Shown: piece after piece, positions 52,786 through 64,000 of the stretch
Layout: the number at the start of each line of letters is the position of its first letter
Position numbering within the stretch: the stretch's first letter is position 1
DNA from: the human T2T-CHM13v2.0 reference genome, Homo sapiens
Reading direction: 5' to 3'
Assembly: GCA_009914755.4 (NCBI GenBank)
Contig: CP068257.2
Location: 37,952,001 to 38,016,000, forward strand
DNA: 64,000 nucleotides
Program-made: the position numbers and the translations under genes
Notes under the pieces: model-generated
Told to the model about the DNA's origin: nothing
The model's database searches: none
The model's input: the letters and a program-made list of their open reading frames with translations, nothing else

Positions 52786-53454
52786 TAGTTATTTGTAGAG
52801 TATTCCTCAATTTGGAGTTGCCTGATATTTTCTTATATGCAGACTGAAGTTATGCATTTTTGGTAATAATACCACGGAAATTTGATAAATGTGATGCATT
52901 TTCTATTGGTTCTGATAGTTTACATGTAGAGTCTCTTGGATGTTTTATGTAGATAATTGTATTAGATATTTTGGTTATTTGTGTCTTTCTAGCACATGGG
53001 AGGATTTTGCTTCTCCCACCTCTTGAAGTTACGCAAAGCATGTGGCTTTTCCTGGCCAATGAAAAGGGAGCTAAAGGGATGTGTGCTGAGACATTGAATT
53101 GCAGGTGCATGATTTCCCAGCTGTCTTTGCTCTGCTTGTTTAAAGCAAATGTTGATATGAGCATACCATTAGATCAAAATAGCATATGATAATAAACCGA
53201 CCTTTGTATGCTTGCCTTCAAGAGTAGCCTGAATTAGCAATTGATTTTGCTTATGAGAAGATAAACTTGCAGTGTTAAGACCCCGAGATTTTGGGGTTGT
53301 TTGTGGCATAACCTAGCCTATGTGGTCTGACATAATAATCATATTGTCTATAAACAAGAATAGCTTAGTTTCTTCTCTTTTATTTCTTATATACATCTTT
53401 TCTGGTCTTATTCCATTGGCTGGGACCTCAAGGGCAATGTTTAATAAAAGCAGT

Positions 53455-53587
53455 GACAGGTTAGGTACAATGGCTCATGCCTGTAGTCCCAACATTTTGG
53501 GAGACCAAAGCAGGAGGATTGCTTGAGGCCAGAAGTTCAAGACTAGCCTGGGCAACATAGTGAGACCCTTTCTCTGAGAAAAAAAAG
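53455..53587 (+). mobile_element. Free Alu monomer (FLAM/FRAM-like)
   Basis: gacaggttaggtacaatggctcatgcctgtagtcccaacattttgggagaccaaagcaggaggattgcttgaggccagaagttcaagactagcctgggcaacatagtgagaccctttctctgagaaaaaaaa. Confidence 0.85.
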
Positions 53588-53599
53588 TGATAATGGACA

Positions 53600-56500
53600 T
53601 CCTTGTCTTCACCTTCACCTTAATGGGAATGCTTTTAAGTTTCACTATCAAATATGTCTATTTTAGATATTTGATGGACACCCTTTGTCAAATTAAGAAA
53701 GATCTCTTTTTTATTATGAATTGGTGCTGAATTTTATTGATTCTTTTTTGATGTAGCTTTTGAAATAATCATAGACTTTTTCTTCCTTTAATTTACTGGT
53801 ATAATTTATTAGTGCATTTCTTGTGTTTTATTTAGGACCTTTCCATTTGTATTCAAAAGAGATATTGTTCATAATTTTCTTTTCTTTTACTATCCTTGTC
53901 TGAAGTTGTGTATTTTTTCTCTGTCTCTTGGAAATGGCTTGCACAAAAAGGTTTTTTTTTTTTGTTGTTCCTTTAAAATTTGGTAAAGCTCACCTCTAAA
54001 TCTTTCTGGGTTGTTGCATCGTAGAGTGGAGGCAGTGGACTTCTGATGACAGATTCATTGTTTATTTAGGTTCTATTTCCTTTTGTTTATTCAGGTTCTA
54101 TTCCTTTTCAATGAACTACATTAATTCATGATTTGCTGGAAAATTATTTCAAAGTTTTGAAATTTATTGGCATAAAATTGTTCATAGTATTTTCTTATGA
54201 TTTAACATTTTAAAAATTTCTCTGTTGCAGACCTTTTTGACTTTAAATATGATTTATTTCTGTCTCTTTTTTTCTTGTTAAATCTTGGTAAAGTTTTATT
54301 TGCTTTATTAGTTTTTCTGAAAGAAACAGTTTTTGAGTATGTAGATAATTTCTTTGGTTGTTTTATTCTGTGTATCAATGACTTGATAGTTATATCCTCG
54401 TCTTTTTCTTTTTCTCACCTTTCAAATGTTTATTGCTCTTTTTTCGTAGCTTCTTGAAGTATATGCTTAATGTATTCTACATATTTATTCTTTTGACCTA
54501 TAACTTTATTTCTAAATAATTTTTAATTGCTGTCCACAGGTTTTGATATGTTGGTCTTTCATTTTTATTTGGTTTAAAATATCTATTATGATTTCCTCTT
54601 TAAGCCATAAGTTTTTTTGAGGCCTACTTTTGAAAGTTTCAAAACACACATTTTTCTCCAGTATGTTTTTATTGTTGATTTTTAATCCCCATAAGTGGTA
54701 TGTGTGCAATTGAAAAGAATGTTTACTTTCTGTTTCTGTATGGTTTAATAAATGAAGTTTATTAATTTTCATTGTCAAATCATTATTACTAATTTTTGTT
54801 CTATTTGGTTACACGTTTCTAAAAGAAATGTGTAAAAATAAAATTTATTCTTAGAATGCTATCAATTTTTTGTTATATGTTTTGATGCTGTGTTGTTGAA
54901 GCTTACAAGTTCTAAAGATCTATATTATACTATCTATATTATAATAATTTATGGTGAATTGCTATGTAGTGTTGATACTTTTGGCTTGAATTCTTTTTGC
55001 CTTACATAGCTGCATTAGGGGTTGGTTTCTTTTTCTTTTCTCCCCCTAACTAATAGCAAGTATCTTTCCTGCCTATCGTTGTAGCTTTACTTTGGGTGTG
55101 TCATTTGAACTCGCATATAGGTAGATTTTTTCCAACCTGCTTATTGTGTTTCTAAGCAAGTGAACTTAATCCATTTATAATATACATAATTTCTGAGGCC
55201 TTTGGATTTAATTCTTTTATCTCATTATGTGTTTTCTTTTTCATACCTTTTTTCTTTAGTTCTCTTTTCTTCATTTTTTCGTCTCCTGTTGGATTGATAC
55301 AGTTTTCTACATTCCCATTTTACTTCTTTTGCTGGTTTTCAGACTGTAGACTGTATATATATTTTTAATGATTATATTTAATCTTGAATCATGTATTTTA
55401 ATGATATATAAACATTTTTGGTATTCCTGGTATTTTCTCTATCATGACAAGGACCTCAGCACAATTTAACTAACAACCTTGTTCCCTTATTTTGTAACTA
55501 TTCCTTAGTTTGAACTTGTAAATTTTCTTTTCTTTTCTTTTCTTTTCCTCCCTCCCTCCCTCCATCCTTCCTTCCCTCCCTCCCTCCTTCCTTCGTTCCT
55601 TCTTTCCTTCCTTCCTCCCTCCCTTCCTCCCTTTCTCTTTCTTTCTCTCTCTCTCTCTTTTCCATCCATCCCTCCCTCCTTCCTCCCTCCCTCCCTCCCT
55701 TCCTTCCTTCCTTCCTTCCTTCCTTCCTTCCTTCCTTCCTTCCTTCCTTCCTTCCTCTGTTTCTCTTTTCTTGGGTAATTTCCTATATTTTTGGATGTTT
55801 TAAACATGAAAATGTAGTTATTTTTATGGGCATAAATTAGTTAAATTTAATGATATATTTGATCAATTTCTGTGCTCATTTTTGTGTCCTGTATCCCTTG
55901 ACATACACATGAGTTTATGCAACTTCTTGCTGAACTACATTCATTAATAATTAATATTATTGAGGCTACATGGGTGATAAGCTTTCTTACTATTTCTGTG
56001 TTTGAAAATATTTTAATTATGGCTTTGCTTTTGTGTATTAGTTTAACTGGGTATAAAATTTTAGATGGGCAGTTACTTCTTTCCAGCATTTTGGTATCTT
56101 CTATATGTATTATTGGTCATGGGAAATGGCTATCAGCTTAATTGTGACTGTTTTGTTGATAATTTGCCTTTCTCCACATTAGCTTTTAGGACTTTCTCAT
56201 TTTCGACGTTCTGTGGACTCACTATGATGTGGAAGATAGGTTTATCTTTATCATGGTGAGTACCTAGAGTCCAGTTTTGATTTGAGATCTCATATTTTCA
56301 ATTCTGGAAAATTCTCAGCTGATATGTCTTCACATATTTTTTCCTCTGCTTTTCCTCCATTCCTTTCTTCAGGAACCCTTATCAGAGTAAGCCAACCCTC
56401 TTCATGTATCTGCTACATCTCCTTTGTCTGTCCAATAAGTCCTGATTGTTACTGGAGACAGTTATCTCTGGGGAAGGAGAATGATTCTCCTTTCAGTCAC

Positions 56501-56900
56501 AACCTTCCTTCTCTCTGTGAAAAGTGGAATGGCAAGTCTGAAGGTTTCTTTCTCATTTATCTCCAGAGGATCATTTCTCTTAAGTCTCCTCTTCACCACC
56601 TCTGTTTACCTTTCTCCAATCTGGGAAGGGAAACTATTAATGAAACTTTGATGAATTTCAGTTCCTCACCCCTTTTCTGCATTCGCTCCCCCCATAAAAC
56701 ATACATGTAAAATTCTGGTGTTTTTGGTGTTTTTCCCTGGCCACCACTTTCAAGGAGTATTCCAAAAGTTGTGTCCCTTTGTTTGGGTGCTGCTTGTATA
56801 TTTTTGGCCAATTTGAACTTACTTTTTTCATTTCAGTGTGGGCAAAGTAGAGAAACAAATGCCCCCAGGCCCTACTACACATTTGAGCAATAATAGTTGT
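53600..56900 (-). mobile_element. Probable old LINE-1 body in antisense orientation (ORF2 toward 53.6-55.5 kb, ORF1/5' region toward 56.3-56.9 kb)
   Basis: T-rich, CpG-poor sequence typical of the L1 antisense strand. Minus-strand reading frames show L1 ORF2-like fragments (e.g. ..FEKINKID-like KINKLHLL, ..SRPQKNLWLKEEIIIDILNQIK..). This is not aligned; the boundaries are soft. Confidence 0.4.
55508..55762. repeat. (TTCC)n/(TCCC)n/(TTTC)n compound polypyrimidine microsatellite, ~250 bp
   Basis: ttcttttcttttcttttcttttcctccctccctccctccatccttccttccctccc ... ccttccttccttccttccttccttccttccttccttccttccttccttcc. This is an uninterrupted pyrimidine strand. Confidence 0.97.
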
Positions 56901-58329
56901 GAATATTATTCAACTCATCAGCAGTTGCTCAGAGTGGGTGTTCAATGGCTTGGTTTTGTAGGGAGTCTGGCACAATTCCCAGGTGTCTGGAAGCTTTGAA
57001 GAGAAACAGGTGCCTATTATAATTGGATATAAATGAAGGAATTGAGGAAATTGAATGAGGCAAATGGTGGAGTGCTGGTTTTACTGAGGTGGAGGTGCTG
57101 ATGGAAGGATGGTGGTGGACATTCCATAGACAATGCTGCACAGCGAACTCTCAAAGGTTTTCTGGAGAATCCATAAATAACTGAATTTGGATTTTTCAGA
57201 ATTTGGCTTCTTCAAGGATAAAAATGTGCAAATTACCTCTTTGCTAGTTGTTAGCTAATCAGTTTACCTAAAAAAAAAAAGTGCAAAAATAAAATCACCT
57301 CGTCCAAGGCGATAGTTTTTTTTTTTTCTTTCCATCCTCACTCTCTTGAAAATCCTGTTTGTGCTTCTACTCTGAGACTCAGTTTACCATCTGACTCCCT
57401 CCGAGGGAGAAGATCATTTGCAGGAAGGATAACCAAACTACATGGAAAATGAGGATTTTCCTCTGGGTTCTTCTTTGACGGCTGGCTCTCAACTCCACAT
57501 TGTAGACTATGGTGTAACACTTATGTCCAATATTACACACACACTTTTTCAGTTTCCTGTTTTGGTGACTTTTCATACATGCCACTTACACATGTCTAAA
57601 GGAAGCTCTTTCACTGATGTCTGTAGCCACCTATGGCACAAAAAGCCAGGGGGTTTGTCGCATGTTATTCCATCAGGTAGAGGGAGGAGTTTTTCCAGGC
57701 TAATGAAACATGATGATGCTAAATGGTTAGTGAAGAGTGATGGAGTTAGAAAGCAGTTTTCGTGTGTGATCAGTCGTTCTGAGCCTGATGGCTCTACCAC
57801 GCCTGCTAACCACCTCGGTTGACCCGGCTGCAACCCCACTCGGTCCATCTTTTATTTATCTGATTTCCTCATTAGTCCATGGGGTGTGTTCCTCGCAAGC
57901 TTGAATTCTTTTCGCCTCACCTAGCTGCACTAGGGGTTGCTCACTTTGTTTTTCCTTTCCCCGCTCCCAACTATGTGCAGGCATTTGCAGCAATTTATTA
58001 GTTTCAAATAAATTTGGGTAATCTTGCCTGTGAGTCTCCTTTTTGAGATTCATTATGCATATTAATTTTGGAAGATTTCCAAAAAGTCCTCAATAAAGAA
58101 ACCTGTTTTCATTTGGTTTAACCCAGTGGTTTCCCAGTTTGCAATTCTACCTTCCTCTCACCCCCGCAGGGGCGCACACAGGGACTCCTGATGTCTGAAG
58201 GGGCATGGTTAGGGAAACTCTGCCTCCACCTACAGAGAGAACTCCACGTTCCCTCTAGCCCTAGTCTTGGCTTCCCTTCAAGCCCTTGATTTTTTTCTTT
58301 CTTTTATTCATAGTTTTTTTGGGGGGGTA

Positions 58330-59285
58330 TAATCAATATTATGCATGTTATCTGTAAAGTTTACAATTCAGTGAACCCCTAACTCTTTTAAAATTGTGGT
58401 AAAATAGACATAATGTAAATGTACCATTTTAACGACAGTTTTGTGGCATTTTGTCCATACACGGTATTGTGTGACCTTCACTACTGTCTAGCCCCAGGAC
58501 ATTTTCATTACCCCAGAGGAAATCTTGTACCCATTATCAGTCATTTCTCCTCCCTACCCCCAGCCCCTGGGAACCCCCATTCTATTTCCTGTTTCTATGG
58601 ATTTTGCTACTCTAGGTAGCCCATGTAAGTGAAACCATACAGTATTTGTCCTGTTGTGTCTGGTTTATTTTATGTAGCATGTCTTCAAGGTTCATCCATG
58701 TTGGAGCATGTGACAGAATTTCCTTGCTTTTTAGGGCAGAATAGTATTTCACTGTGTGTATATATATAGCATTTTGTTTGTCTATTCATCTACCAGTGAA
58801 CGCTCGGGTTGTTTTCACCTTTTGGCTATTGTGAATAATGCCACTATGAATATGGTTGTACAAATATTTGTTTGAGTCTTTGCTTTCATTTCTTTTGGGC
58901 ATATGCATGGGAGTGGAATTGCTGGATTATATAGTAATTCTGTTTTAAGTTTTTTGAGGAGCTGTGATATCATTTTCCACACTGGCTGCACCATTTTATA
59001 TTCCCACCAGCAGAGCACAGGGGTTCCAGATTTTCCAGATTTCCTTGCCAACATTCGTTATTTTCTGTTTTTTTTTCTTTTTTTCATTAATTGCTATCCT
59101 GGTAGGTGCGAAGTGCTGTCTCATTGTGACTGAGATTTGCATTTGCCAGTGGTTGGTGATGTTGAGCATCTTTTCATGAGCTTATTGGCCATCTGTATAT
59201 CTTCTTTGGAGAATGTCTATTCAAGTCCTTTGCCCCTTTTTAAACTGGCGTTTTTGTTTTTTGTTGTTGACAGACTCCTAATTCT
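58330..59285 (-). mobile_element. LINE-1 3'-terminal ~950 bp (old L1PB/L1MA-like), antisense orientation, 5'-truncated
   Basis: Reverse complement of the L1 3'UTR and ORF2 C-terminus: ..catgtcttcaaggttcatccatgttggagcatgtgacagaatttccttgctttttagggcagaatagtatttcactgtgtgtatatat...ccagtgaacgctcgggttgttttcaccttttggctattgtgaataatgccactatgaatatggttgtacaaatatttgtttgagtc...gggcatatgcatgggagtggaattgctggattatatagtaattctgttttaagttttttgaggagctgtgatatcattttccacactggctgcaccattttatattcccaccagcagagcacaggggttccagattttccagatttccttgccaacattcgttattttctg...gcatcttttcatgagcttattggccatctgtatatcttctttggagaatgtctattcaagtcctttgccc. Confidence 0.85.
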
Positions 59286-60303
59286 TAACAGATATGATGC
59301 TCTCACTGTGATGAACTTGACTTCTGGGAAGATACTGGCTGCATTCATTTCTCTTCTACTTTCCTAGGCCAATCATTATTCTCCAGCAGTCATCATTTCT
59401 TACGTTCCTCGCTTGTCCTGTTCTCAGGCTGGACCTAAGAGCTCATTCCCTCCCATCTCTTCCCACATTCCATATCATGGACTTTCTTCTTTTCAGCTGT
59501 TGGTACTGTGGAGGGGGGGATTTTATTGAAGCCAACTGCCATGATCACCTTCCTTTTCCTTCCTAAAGGATTGTCATCTGCTTTCTGATTTTAGCCACAG
59601 TAGCTTGGCTGAGGTTGCATTTTGGAAGTTCGAGGCTTCTGGCTCCCAGATTTCCTGTAGAACTGACACTGGTGACTATCCTTTGTTCTTGAGGCTCCTT
59701 TGATCTCTGGGACACTTTCCTGTGATGCCATGAAGGGGAACGAGCAGGAAGTTTAGGGTGCAGACTTTGGGGTGCATCACCTGGCTTCAGATGCTATCTT
59801 TGCCCATGAACTCACTCTTGGTAAAGTCACCCTGTGGGGTTTCTCCTTAGTGAAAGAGCACATTAACACCTACCTTGCAGCTGGTGGTGAGGATTCATTG
59901 GGAAATCACATGAAAAGTACTTAGAACAGTTGCTGGCAGAGAGGAAGTGTTAACAAGGTGCCACTGTTGGGGCATTAAGCTGGTTTTGCTCATGTATTCA
60001 GTCGATCCCCTTTCACCTCCATTTCCCCCCAACCTTTTTTTTTTCTAAATTCTGTTCTTTGCTATTCATTTTTCTGCTCCTGGACATTTTCCCATTCTTT
60101 CCATTTCAATATTCCTCTTTACACAGGAGATTCCAATCAAGTCCTCTCTCTACCTTTTATTTATTCATTTATTACTTATGTATGTTTGTTTATTTAAGAT
60201 GTAAGAAAGCATAAGGTGGAGAGGTGCTAGGATGTCTAAATGCTAGAAGATGATACATCTTCCTAGCTACTTGACAGGTAGTCTTTTGGACTTTAAACAC
60301 ACT

Positions 60304-60613
60304 TTAAAATAAGTGACGTACAAGCACCACTTTAAAATACTAAACATTTTCATTTTAAACCAGCATTACTGGTATTATAACTATATGTACTTCTGCACAT
60401 CAGTGTAACTGTACACAGATTTAAGAGGAAATGATAGGCATTTATACTAGTCACAAAACAATAAAACCAGGGATGAACACTAAGTTTAATAAAGATCATT
60501 TATAATTCTAACCACTTAGAAATAAGAAAATTAACTATGAGGTCAAGGGAGAAATTACGTGTGCAATAACAGATTATTTATAAAACAAAACCAATGAGAA
60601 CACTAGACATGAT
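60304..60613. repeat. Left arm of a ~310-bp inverted repeat (partner 62129-62436)
   Basis: taaaataagtgacgtacaagcaccactttaaaatactaaacattttcattttaaaccagcattactggtattataactatatgtacttctgcacatcagtgtaactgtacacagatttaagagg ... aaaacaaaaccaatgagaacactagacatgat. Its reverse complement matches 62129-62436 at about 92-95%. Confidence 0.9.
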
Positions 60614-60714
60614 AGACAAAGACTTTAAAATCGTTATTATAAATACGGTAAGTAAATTAGGGGAAATGATGAACCAAATGGGTGAAAATATGGAGAAATC
60701 AACATAAAAATGTA

Positions 60715-61000
60715 ATCTCTTTTTAAAGTTTATCTAAACTTACGGGGTACACCTGCAATTTGGTTACATGCGTAGATTGTGTAGTGGTCTAGTCAGGGCC
60801 CTTAGGGTGGGTATCCATCACCCGAGTAACGTGTATTGTACCCGTTAAGTAATTTCTCATCCATCCCCTCACCCTTCCGAGTCTTTGTTGTCTCTCATTC
60901 CACTCTCTACATCCGTGTGCACACGTTTTAGCACCCACTTAGGGATACTGTCTCAACATTTTAGTGGGAGGCTTCTTGTAGCACAAAACGGTGCCTAAGG
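60715..61000 (-). mobile_element. L1 3'-end fragment (CpG-retaining, relatively young), inside the spacer of the inverted repeat
   Basis: ctaaacttacggggtacacctgcaatttggttacatgcgtagattgtgtagtggtctagtcagggcccttagggtgggtatccatcacccgagtaacgtgtattgtacccgttaagtaatttctcatccatcccctcacccttccgagtctttgttgtctctcattcc. Compare the reverse complement of the L1 3' end ..gtacatgtgcaggtttgttacatgggtat...cccaccccccgacaggccccggtgtgtgatgttcc. Confidence 0.5.
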
Positions 61001-61483
61001 ACATATTTCCTGGAGGACGTTTCGACCTTTGTCACATGACTCCATATCAGCTGCCACTGGCTCATACACAACCATGTCAGTGCTGTGTCAGAGATGGAAG
61101 AATTTGACCTTTCACCAGTTTCTGTGAAATACATTGCTTTGAAGATGAAATCACAAATGTCGTCCTGTACAGGGGACCTAATGGGACCATGTCGAGTGAT
61201 TATATCTTGAGCAGATGTAAGTCTTTAGAATGGTCTAGATTATGACCTGAGTGCTTACTGGTCTCTGGATTCTATGAAGTACTTGTTTGATTTTCACAAG
61301 ATCTTTAAGAAGTAGTTAGTGCTATTCTCTCATTTTACTTTTCCATTCTTATTTTTAGAGAAAATCAAGTCTTAAGAGGTTAACTGTGCCCAGAGTCTTG
61401 TAACTAAAAAGTGGTTGACTTGAGATTCCACCCAGTTCCCTTGGATTCCACATGCAGAACTCTTAACATCCTCTTAACATCCT

Positions 61484-61778
61484 TTTTTTTTTTGAGATGG
61501 AGTCTCGCTCTGTCGCCCAGGTTGGAGTGCAGTGGTGCCTGATCTTGGCTTACTGCAACCTCTGCCTCCTGGGTTCAAGCAATTCTCCCTGCCTCAGCCT
61601 CCTGAGTAGCTGGGTCTACAGGCCCACGCCACTGCACCCGGCTAATTTCCATATTTTTAGTAGAGACGAGGTTTCACCATGTTGGCCAGGCTGGTCTCGA
61701 ACTCCTGATCTTAAGTGATCTGCCCGCCTCAGCCCTCCAAAGTGCTGGGATTATAGGCGTGAGCCACCATGCCGAGCC
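61484..61778 (-). mobile_element. Alu SINE with TSD, inside the spacer of the inverted repeat
   Basis: ttttttttttgagatggagtctcgctctgtcgcccaggttggagtgcagtggtgcctgatcttggcttactgcaacctctgcctcctgggttcaagcaattctccctgcctcagcc ... ggcgtgagccaccatgccgagcc. TSD cttaacatcct / cttaacatctt. Confidence 0.95.
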
Positions 61779-62128
61779 TTAACATCTTGATTGTATTCTA
61801 TACGTGCCATTTCACATGGTCTATTTCTCATTTTTCTTGTTCTTTTTTCTTTTCTATGTTGATTAGATACACTGGAGCTTAATCCATTTTAGAGTGTGAG
61901 TGCATAGTGCATATTTATCAGTAATATTGTTTTAATATTTGAATTAATTCAATCCTGCTTTTAATTTTATTATTCCTGCTATTTTCTATAAAACTTTTTA
62001 TAACTTTCTGTAACTTTTTAGAATTTGTTTTCTAAATTCTTTGAGAGCTTAGTCTTTTTCTTTCTTTCATAATGAACATGCTTAAGGCTAAAGCTGCCTC
62101 TGAAAGCAACTTTGAATGTGTTAAAGGA

Positions 62129-62436
62129 ATCATATCTAGTGTTCTTATTAGTTTTGTTTTATAAATAATCTGTTATTGCAGATGTAATTTTTCCTTTGAC
62201 CTCATAGTTAATTTTCTTTAAGTGGTTGGAATTTTAAAATGAACTTTATCAAACTTACTGTTAATTCCTGGTTTTATTGTTTCGTGACTAGTATAAGTAG
62301 GCTATCATTTTTCTCTTAAATCTGTGTACAGTTACACTGATGTGCAGAAGCACATATAGTTATAATACCAGTAATGCTGGTTTAAAATGAAAATGTTTAG
62401 TATTTAAAAGTGGTGCTTATAAGTCACTTATTTTAG
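62129..62436. repeat. Right arm of the ~310-bp inverted repeat
   Basis: atcatatctagtgttcttattagttttgttttataaataatctgttattgcagatgtaatttttcctttgacctcatagttaattttc ... cctggttttattgtttcgtgactagtataagtaggctatcatttttctcttaaatctgtgtacagttacactgatgtgcagaagcacatatagttataataccagtaatgctggtttaaaatgaaaatgtttagtatttaaaagtggtgcttataagtcacttattttag. Confidence 0.9.
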
Positions 62437-63594
62437 CATAAGTTTGAATTTTTTCCAACTGATTTTGAAAATTTAAATAGAATATATATTCTCAATAAAA
62501 TTTTTAGAGTAAATGACTAGTTTTGGTTTTTGTGGGAAAACGGTCCTAGCGTATTCTCTAACAACCAACACTCAAAGCCAGATACCTGTGAAAAAACTGA
62601 CATGTTTTAAATGGAACAGGAGACCTCTCCAACAAACCCATCAATGTTTAACAATCTTAATGAGCTTTAAAAAAGTGTCATATTTTAGCTGTGAATCACT
62701 TCACGTTAAAATCTGTGGTTTTCCTGCCAAAGTTATCTTTAGTAAACGCGATGTATTGGCAGCTAGATTTGGAGTGAAGTGAATGTGAGTGAAGCTGGAA
62801 GCAGATTCTGCAAGAAACCCAAATGTTGGAGGGGGGTTTTCCAAGCGTCAGAGTCTTAGGTCTCTCAATACCCCCTTTGACACTCGTGGCCACACTCTTC
62901 CGCCATGCCCATTACAGTGACTCACTCGGAACTGCTTGGGAATCAGTGACTTGGGTGAGTGCAATATCTCTTTCACATATTGCCGGCTTCCTCCATCAAC
63001 CCATAGCATCTGTGCTGGGTTTATGCTTTCAAGTGAGAAATGGTGAAATACACAAGGGGATGGCTTGCACTTGACTCTGGGATGGTGTTTGCATGTCAGC
63101 GTTTTCTTTCACATTAAATTGAGTGGAGCTAAACTCATTTGGTTTCAGTGAAGGTAGTTTCCATGCATTCACTGAAAAGCTGGGATTGCTGAGAGTGGTG
63201 ACCAGAAGAGAGAAGGCCATGGGGAGGTAAGGTGAGGCAGGAATACTAGAGGGTGGGGCAGGGCTCAGCTCAGTGGCGATGTTTCCCCAGCAGCCTTCAG
63301 GCCTTTCATCCCATCATTTCTCTCCTCTGATAAGTGTCTCTGCTTTAAGAGTGTTTGCCAGACAGAAATAAAAATCGATTGGGGGAAAAATTATATGGAA
63401 AAAAAATTTTCCTTTCAAAATATTCCTGGAGAGGAGAGGAAGCACGCATGGATAGAATGAATGAAATGTTCTTGGGGCACAGTGCCATCTAATGTTGCTA
63501 TTATTGCATTTGCTGCTTAGCAAAGTACATAGAAGGCACATTGCAAATATTCAGGTATTAGCTGTGTTAAGTAATTGTTTTCATGTAGTAAATG

Positions 63595-64000
63595 TATTAG
63601 TTTGCTTGGGCTGGCATAGCAAAGTAGCACAAACTGAAAGCCTTAAATAACAAAAACTTATGATCTCACAGTTCTGGAGGCTGAAGTCTGAAATGAAGGT
63701 CTCAGCAGGGTGGGTTCTTCTGAGGGCGCTGAAGGAGAATCTGTTAGGTGCATCTCTCCAGGTTTCTGCTGGTTAATGGCAATATTTGATGTTCTGTGGC
63801 CTGTGGAGCATCTCCCTCATCTCCGCCTTCATCGTTACTTGGTGTTCTCTGTGTGTGCCTGTCTGTGTCCAAATTTCCCCTAATTATAAGGACAGCAGGG
63901 ATATTGTATTAGGGGCCCAGCCTACTTCAGTATGACCTCTTCTTACTGAATTGTATCTGCAAAGATCCTATTTCCAAATAAGGTCACATTCTGAGGTAAT
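63595..64000 (-). mobile_element. MaLR LTR, MLT1-like (runs off the window end)
   Basis: gtattagtttgcttgggctggcatagcaaagtagcacaaactgaaagccttaaataacaaaaacttatgatctcacagttctggaggctgaagtctgaaatgaaggtctcagcagg ... tgtccaaatttcccctaattataaggacagcagggatattgtattaggggcccagcctacttcagtatgacctcttcttactgaattgtatctgcaaagatcctatttccaaataaggtcacattctgaggtaat. Confidence 0.85.

Overview
This window is human (primate) nuclear DNA, not a prokaryotic locus. It is dense with primate- and mammal-specific interspersed repeats. By eye I find at least 27 Alu/FLAM SINEs, most with recognisable A-tails and several with intact target-site duplications. There are two multi-kb LINE-1 bodies with nested younger insertions, MaLR LTRs (THE1/MST-like and MLT1-like), MIRs, and a retroviral integrase remnant. 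Microsatellites include (GT)n, (TTCCT)n, (TTCC)n and (TTAA)n. The supplied six-frame ORF track is therefore essentially noise: the long ORFs are translations of Alu antisense strands, microsatellites and GC-rich non-coding DNA. I cannot support any protein-coding gene with a bacterial-style ORF, any rRNA or tRNA, or any CRISPR array. The one clearly functional-looking feature is a compact CpG island at about 45.1-45.7 kb. It sits in a GC-rich, repeat-free block (41-46 kb) and contains a consensus 5' splice donor followed by a five-run G-quadruplex motif. This is most likely the promoter and non-coding first exon of a gene I cannot identify from sequence alone. The hunt produced no novel 'system'. 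The structurally unusual items are: an inverted duplication of an Alu plus its flank at 2.1-3.4 kb; a roughly 310-bp inverted repeat pair spanning 60.3-62.4 kb; a 53-unit (AAAGG)n expansion of an Alu tail at 16.3 kb; a 250-bp pure polypyrimidine (TTCC)n tract; a nested repeat stack that gives an insertion chronology; and a young-looking AluY. Coordinates of repeat boundaries are hand-estimated and may be off by a few bases.
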